Shown piece after piece: positions 45,771 through 50,418 of a stretch of DNA of 50,418 nt. The notes under the pieces were generated by a model. It saw only the letters and a program-made list of their open reading frames with translations. It made no database searches and was not told the origin of the DNA. The stretch lies in the sequence record SRR20825006_1155; one strand, written 5' to 3'. Position 1 is the first letter of the stretch; every line of letters begins with the position of its first letter. A program made the position numbers and the translations under genes.

Positions 45771-47189
45771 CTACCGGATCATTTGGCGGGCCAGCCAACC
45801 TCGCTTCAATTCCTTTGGAACGCTCAGCTCCTCTGTCCCCCTCGCGACCAATGATTCCAACACTGAGTTGGCTGCCAATTGCCCACTGATCGCCGCTCCT
45901 TCCATCGTCGCCGGCCATCCCGTCGCAACTGCATCTCCCGCCAAATGAAGCCCCGGACAAGACGTCTTCGATGCGGGCCGCCGCACCTGAGTCTCTGGAC
46001 TAACGGAAAAAACGGCATGCGGATCGGTCACAACACGGCTCTTCAACACTTTCGGCATTCCCGCTTTGGGAAACGCCTCGGACAGTTCCCGCACCACTTG
46101 AGAAACCAATTTCTCTTTCGGCCAATCACTCCCGGAATGCTGACCGCTGATCACCACTTGATGATAGACACCTTCCGTAGGCGACGCATTTCCGATCGTT
46201 TGGATCGGGTCTTGAAAGAACCATTGGGCCAACGTTCCCACCATCACCACATGAGGCATGGGTGTCAATGAACGGTCGAGCCAAAGGTGCAACCCGGTGA
46301 TTGGCGAGGATGAGAATGATGTCGATTGCTCACCCCAAATCTCCGGAAACCATCGGCGACTGACATGCCAGGGCGTTGCCACGATCACATGGTCAGCAAG
46401 CAGAGATTCGGCACCAGAGCGTTCGATGGTCCACCGGTTGGATTTGGCATTCCAGTTCAATTCACGAACAGCATGCCCCAGCTCAAACGCGACCCCGCGC
46501 TGATCCAATGGTTTTCGAAACCCATCGCCAAAGATTTCAGACAAAGGACGCCGAGGCACCCAAACATCACTCGCGCGCCTCGCACCCGCGAATCCATCGA
46601 TCATCACTTTTCTGGCAGCGGCCATGGAGACTCGTTTTGGAATGTCTCCCAGAGCGCTGATCAAAATCACGTCCCAAAATCTTTCGAGCGTGTCTTCGGA
46701 TTGTCCATTGGCTTGCAACCAAACCGCAGCGGTGACATCGATCAACTCGGACTCCGGCGTCCTCATCAGACGCCACAAGGCAGCCCGGATCTCGCCTTGG
46801 TTCTGTCGCGACAAATGTTTCAATGAAGAGAGCGCTGATGAAAGATGCAACGGCGGGGGCAACCAACGACTTGGACGAAATCGGCTGAACCCATGCTGCG
46901 GATGATAGAACGTCAACTCGCTGTAACACTGAAAGCGATCCAGCAGCCCCATCCGCTGGAGCAGATCCAACAAGGTCGTGCAGCACCCCATCGCAACGTG
47001 CTGGCAATAGTCGACCGTTTGACCAGAGCGAGACTCAACAAATGATCCCGCTCTGCCTCCCGTATTGCGTCGCGATTCTGCCACCACAACTTGCATTTCA
47101 CCACGATGAAAAACACCGGTCCGCGAAAGTGCTTCGGCGGCAGATAGTCCAGCGATTCCTCCACCGACAATGACGACTCGACTCGTCAT
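45771..47189 (-). CDS. hpnE: Hydroxysqualene dehydroxylase HpnE
   Basis: IVGGGIAGL, GGRAGSF, DYCQHVAMGCCT and AGD...TGWPATMEGA..SG motifs. Third gene of the hpnCDE block. Confidence 0.9.
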   Translation of the reverse strand: MTSRVVIVGGGIAGLSAAEALSRTGVFHRGEMQVVVAESRRNTGGRAGSFVESRSGQTVDYCQHVAMGCCTTLLDLLQRMGLLDRFQCYSELTFYHPQHGFSRFRPSRWLPPPLHLSSALSSLKHLSRQNQGEIRAALWRLMRTPESELIDVTAAVWLQANGQSEDTLERFWDVILISALGDIPKRVSMAAARKVMIDGFAGARRASDVWVPRRPLSEIFGDGFRKPLDQRGVAFELGHAVRELNWNAKSNRWTIERSGAESLLADHVIVATPWHVSRRWFPEIWGEQSTSFSSSPITGLHLWLDRSLTPMPHVVMVGTLAQWFFQDPIQTIGNASPTEGVYHQVVISGQHSGSDWPKEKLVSQVVRELSEAFPKAGMPKVLKSRVVTDPHAVFSVSPETQVRRPASKTSCPGLHLAGDAVATGWPATMEGAAISGQLAANSVLESLVARGTEELSVPKELKRGWLARQMIR

Positions 47190-48196
47190 ACCGGTTCATC
47201 ACCACGAGTTGAAACTGGCTCTTCGACCGTCATCAACTCAAGCGGTGGAACGGGCAGACGTCGGTACAATGGCCCCACAAAATGATGAGACACGATGCCA
47301 ATTCGATCCCGCATCCCGAGCGAGACACGGCGAGAGACCACAGCATCCGGATCATCAATGATCCGCTGCAACAGTTTCCGATACGTCCGCCACATCATGC
47401 TGAACATTGGGCGACCATCGTCGTGCAACGAATCCCAAACACGCCACCCTGAATCAAACAGCTCCGCCGCGCGACGGGTTTCGTCGAGCAACAAACAACG
47501 CAGCCTCGCGTCTTTTCGCGGATTCAACAAATCATCTTCTTCTAAACCATGTTGTTCATAGTGCTGACGAGGAAGATAAATCCGTCCCCGCGCGGCGTCT
47601 TCACTGACATCTCGCAAAATATTGGTCAACTGGAATGCCAAACCGCAGTCCACGGCGGCTTGCATCGGCAACGGCGAACGGAAGCCCCAAATATGCAAGC
47701 ACGCGATTCCAACCGCTGAAGCGACCAAGTAACAATAGTGTTCAAGTTGCTCAAACGTATCAAACCGGTTCTTCTGTTGATCCGCCATCACGCCATCGAT
47801 AATCTCGAGTAGATATCGAGACGGTATTTGATAGCGATCTGCCGCATGCCGCAGTGCTGGCATGATCTCCGTGGCATGTCGAACCAAATCGACGGACGAA
47901 TTGGGAGGAATGTTCTCGACACCATCCGCCAATCGGATCGGCTGGCTTCCTTCTCCGATTAAATTCATCGCCGTGGTTTGACGCCACCACTGCAGCCAAC
48001 TTCTACGCAAAGCAAGCGGTTCGTCGCAGTCACCCAAATCATCGGTCACGCGCGCGAAGGCATACAGCGCCGACATCGCGTCGCGTTTCGCTCGCGGCAA
48101 CAACCAAAACGAGCGATAAAAGCTGCTTCCCGACCGACGCGAAATTCTTCGCACCGCCGCGTAGCTGGACATCAGTTGTTTGTGATCAGATGTCAT
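47186..48196 (-). CDS. hpnD: Presqualene diphosphate synthase HpnD (squalene/phytoene synthase family)
   Basis: SSFY.SF.LLP, LYAFAR.TDDLGD, YCY.VAS.VG and FQLTNILRDV.ED..RGRIYLP motifs. Confidence 0.88.
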   Translation of the reverse strand: MTSDHKQLMSSYAAVRRISRRSGSSFYRSFWLLPRAKRDAMSALYAFARVTDDLGDCDEPLALRRSWLQWWRQTTAMNLIGEGSQPIRLADGVENIPPNSSVDLVRHATEIMPALRHAADRYQIPSRYLLEIIDGVMADQQKNRFDTFEQLEHYCYLVASAVGIACLHIWGFRSPLPMQAAVDCGLAFQLTNILRDVSEDAARGRIYLPRQHYEQHGLEEDDLLNPRKDARLRCLLLDETRRAAELFDSGWRVWDSLHDDGRPMFSMMWRTYRKLLQRIIDDPDAVVSRRVSLGMRDRIGIVSHHFVGPLYRRLPVPPLELMTVEEPVSTRGDEPV

Positions 48197-49272
48197 CGCG
48201 ATGTTTCTCCACGAACACGTCCTGACCTAAACCGTTGCCACATCGCTTGACCGAGCAATCGCAGTTGCGTTGAACGACGAACGACCGGACGAACTCTTAA
48301 CACGTCAAAATCAATCGCTTCAATCGCGTCGACGGTTGCGAGACCGCCCTCGACGAATAGCTTTAGGTCCGCACTCAACCAACCCGGAACCCGATCCACC
48401 AAGGGCACCCCGCGGTGAAAGCGTTCTCGTGTTCGTTCGCACAGGAACTTGATCGCCTCGCGAACTTCGCTCGGAGTGGTTTGCCCCGAATCCAAACCCC
48501 GGCGAATGGTTTCTTCTTCAAACCCGAACCGGTGCATGATCGACTCCGGGAGATACACCCGACCGATCAAGCGGTCCCGCGAAACATCTTGCCAAAAATT
48601 CACCAACTGAAGCGCCGTGCAAATTTCGTCGGACAACAACGCATTTTCATCGCTATCCGCATCCGCGAGTCGCAGGATCATTCGCCCGACCGGATTGGCC
48701 GACCGGCGACAGTAATCAAGCAATTGTTCTTCGTCGCGGTAACGCACGACCGATTGATCCTGGACAAATGCGTCCAAGAGATCATCCAGCAGCTGCCTAG
48801 GGATCGAGAATCGATGCACCGTGTCCGCCAACGCCACAAAAATGCCGGCAATTTGGCCATCTTGCCGTTCAACGGTATACATCGCCGCAACCGCCTGCCG
48901 ATACTCCGCCAACGCTTGGACGGCTTTTTCTGGTGTGCCCGACTCATCGGCGAGATCATCTGCCGTGCGGCAAAAGGCATACAAATCGTAGAAAGGCTGC
49001 CTTACACCCCGCGGCAACAAACAGGTCGCCACGAGGAAATTCTCCCGGCTCGCTTTCGCAATCGCCCGGCATTCGGCTCGCGAATCCGCCAAACCGTCGC
49101 GAAAGCATCCGCGTCCGTCCTCTCCGTGAATGATCGAGGTGCTTTTTGCTACAGAACGCCCCGACCCAGTGTTTTCCGATTCGGTGCCCCCAGACTCTGA
49201 GCGTCCCGAATCGGCGCAACCCGAACCTCGATTGGGCTCATCCGTGCGATCGAAGGTGGTGGCTGGGGGCAA
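48193..49272 (-). CDS. hpnC: Hydroxysqualene synthase HpnC
   Basis: ENFLVA, YAFCRTADDLADE, LLDAFVQD, YCRRSANPVGR and LQLVNFWQD motifs. Start uncertain because of a low-complexity N-terminal extension. Confidence 0.9.
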   Translation of the reverse strand: MPPATTFDRTDEPNRGSGCADSGRSESGGTESENTGSGRSVAKSTSIIHGEDGRGCFRDGLADSRAECRAIAKASRENFLVATCLLPRGVRQPFYDLYAFCRTADDLADESGTPEKAVQALAEYRQAVAAMYTVERQDGQIAGIFVALADTVHRFSIPRQLLDDLLDAFVQDQSVVRYRDEEQLLDYCRRSANPVGRMILRLADADSDENALLSDEICTALQLVNFWQDVSRDRLIGRVYLPESIMHRFGFEEETIRRGLDSGQTTPSEVREAIKFLCERTRERFHRGVPLVDRVPGWLSADLKLFVEGGLATVDAIEAIDFDVLRVRPVVRRSTQLRLLGQAMWQRFRSGRVRGETSR

Positions 49273-49420
49273 CGAGATACCTGGCTGAGGTCAACGTGAA
49301 ATTGGGCCGTTGGACGTTTTGGGGCTTCTGCGGTTATTCTAGCGGATGACCAACTCATCAAGAACAAACACGCTGATGCCCCCGTTTTGACGCCATCAGC
49401 GACCTCAAAAATTGACACCC

Positions 49421-50371
49421 ATGAAAATCATTTTGGCGGCTCCCCGAGGTTTCTGTGCCGGGGTCAACATGGCAATTGATTCGCTGGATCTGACGCTGCA
49501 GAAATTTGGGCCGCCGGTCTACGTTTACCACGAGATCGTCCACAACCAATTCGTGGTCAAGACTTTTCGCGAAAAAGGAGCGGTCTTTGTCGATACCATC
49601 GACGAAGTCCCTGAGGGCGGCGTGTTGCTGTTCTCCGCTCACGGAGTGTCGCCCGAGATACGCAAGGCTGCCCAAGCCCGCAAGTTGCACGCACTCGATG
49701 CCACCTGCCCACTAGTCACCAAAGTGCACTTGGAGGCGATCAAGTACGCCAAAGCCGGTTACACAATCATCTTGATCGGCCACGAAGGCCACGATGAAGT
49801 GCTCGGCACGATGGGTGAAGCTCCCGAAGCGATTGTGTTGGTTGAAGACGAAGCCGATGTTGATCGCTTGGAATTCGAACCAGGCACCCAACTGGCCTAC
49901 CTCACCCAAACAACTCTGTCTGTCGATGATGCCGGCCGAGTTATCCGCCGTCTTCGCGAACGCTTCCCTGAAATTCATTCGCCACCGAAGGACGACATTT
50001 GTTACGCGACTCAAAACCGGCAGGAAGCCGTCAAACTGCTTCGAGAGGACGCCGATGTCATCGTTGTCCTCGGCAGCCAAAACAGCAGCAACAGTCAACG
50101 ACTTAAGGAACTCGCGGCTGAACAAGGCAAACGAGCAATGCTGGTCGACGGCCCACAAGACCTCGCGGTCGATCAATTTTCTGATGACGACCGAGTGCTG
50201 ATCACCGCGGGTGCCAGTGCTCCCGAATCAGTGGTTCAGTCAACCATCGATTGGCTGAAAGACAACTTCGATGCGTCAGTGGACACACAAGTCGTCCGGG
50301 AAGAAGACGTGCAATTCCCACTGCCCAAACCCCTGCGAGCTTTCGCGGCCGAACAAGCCGCCGCAAAATGA
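49421..50371 (+). CDS. ispH: 4-hydroxy-3-methylbut-2-enyl diphosphate reductase IspH
   Basis: PRGFCAGV, HEIVHN, FSAHGV, DATCPLVTKVH, QTTLS, DICYATQNRQ, NSSNS and TAGASAP motifs. Confidence 0.97.
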   Translation: MKIILAAPRGFCAGVNMAIDSLDLTLQKFGPPVYVYHEIVHNQFVVKTFREKGAVFVDTIDEVPEGGVLLFSAHGVSPEIRKAAQARKLHALDATCPLVTKVHLEAIKYAKAGYTIILIGHEGHDEVLGTMGEAPEAIVLVEDEADVDRLEFEPGTQLAYLTQTTLSVDDAGRVIRRLRERFPEIHSPPKDDICYATQNRQEAVKLLREDADVIVVLGSQNSSNSQRLKELAAEQGKRAMLVDGPQDLAVDQFSDDDRVLITAGASAPESVVQSTIDWLKDNFDASVDTQVVREEDVQFPLPKPLRAFAAEQAAAK

Positions 50372-50418
50372 GTGCCTGAATCAGTGGCATAGGCTTCCAG
50401 CCTTTTTATACCCCACAT

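Overview
GC-rich chromosomal window, most likely from a Rhodopirellula-like planctomycete. This is inferred from gene content: sulfatase, DUF1080 protein, hpnCDE and planctomycete-style secreted proteins. I support about 39 CDS and saw no rRNA, tRNA, CRISPR array or transposase. Housekeeping and physiology genes include a sulfatase, HAD-IIA hydrolase, 2043-aa alpha-2-macroglobulin, TauE, cysteine desulfurase, sucB, nnrE, mnmG plus an RlmM-like methyltransferase, flbD-motA-motB-fliL-fliN-fliO, hpnCDE and ispH. A surface-glycan locus at about 20.1-29.1 kb encodes three FkbM methyltransferases and GT2, GT11, CgtA-like and GT9 transferases. The most unusual items are: (1) a 637-aa protein heading the glycan locus that appears to fuse nucleotidyltransferase-like, NDP-kinase-like and APH/choline-kinase-like domains; (2) a stand-alone EhpF/LuxE-like ligase plus LuxC-type reductase pair; (3) a class II photolyase-renalase fusion directly downstream of hpnCDE; (4) C-terminal -AA tails confined to glycan enzymes; (5) a membrane-anchored DNase I-fold protein that has lost its catalytic residues; (6) a thioredoxin/CxxCH/PDZ protein; (7) two kinds of palindromic intergenic repeat. 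All family calls come from recognising motifs by eye, not from database searches. Several start codons were moved downstream of the ORF-track start by judgement.
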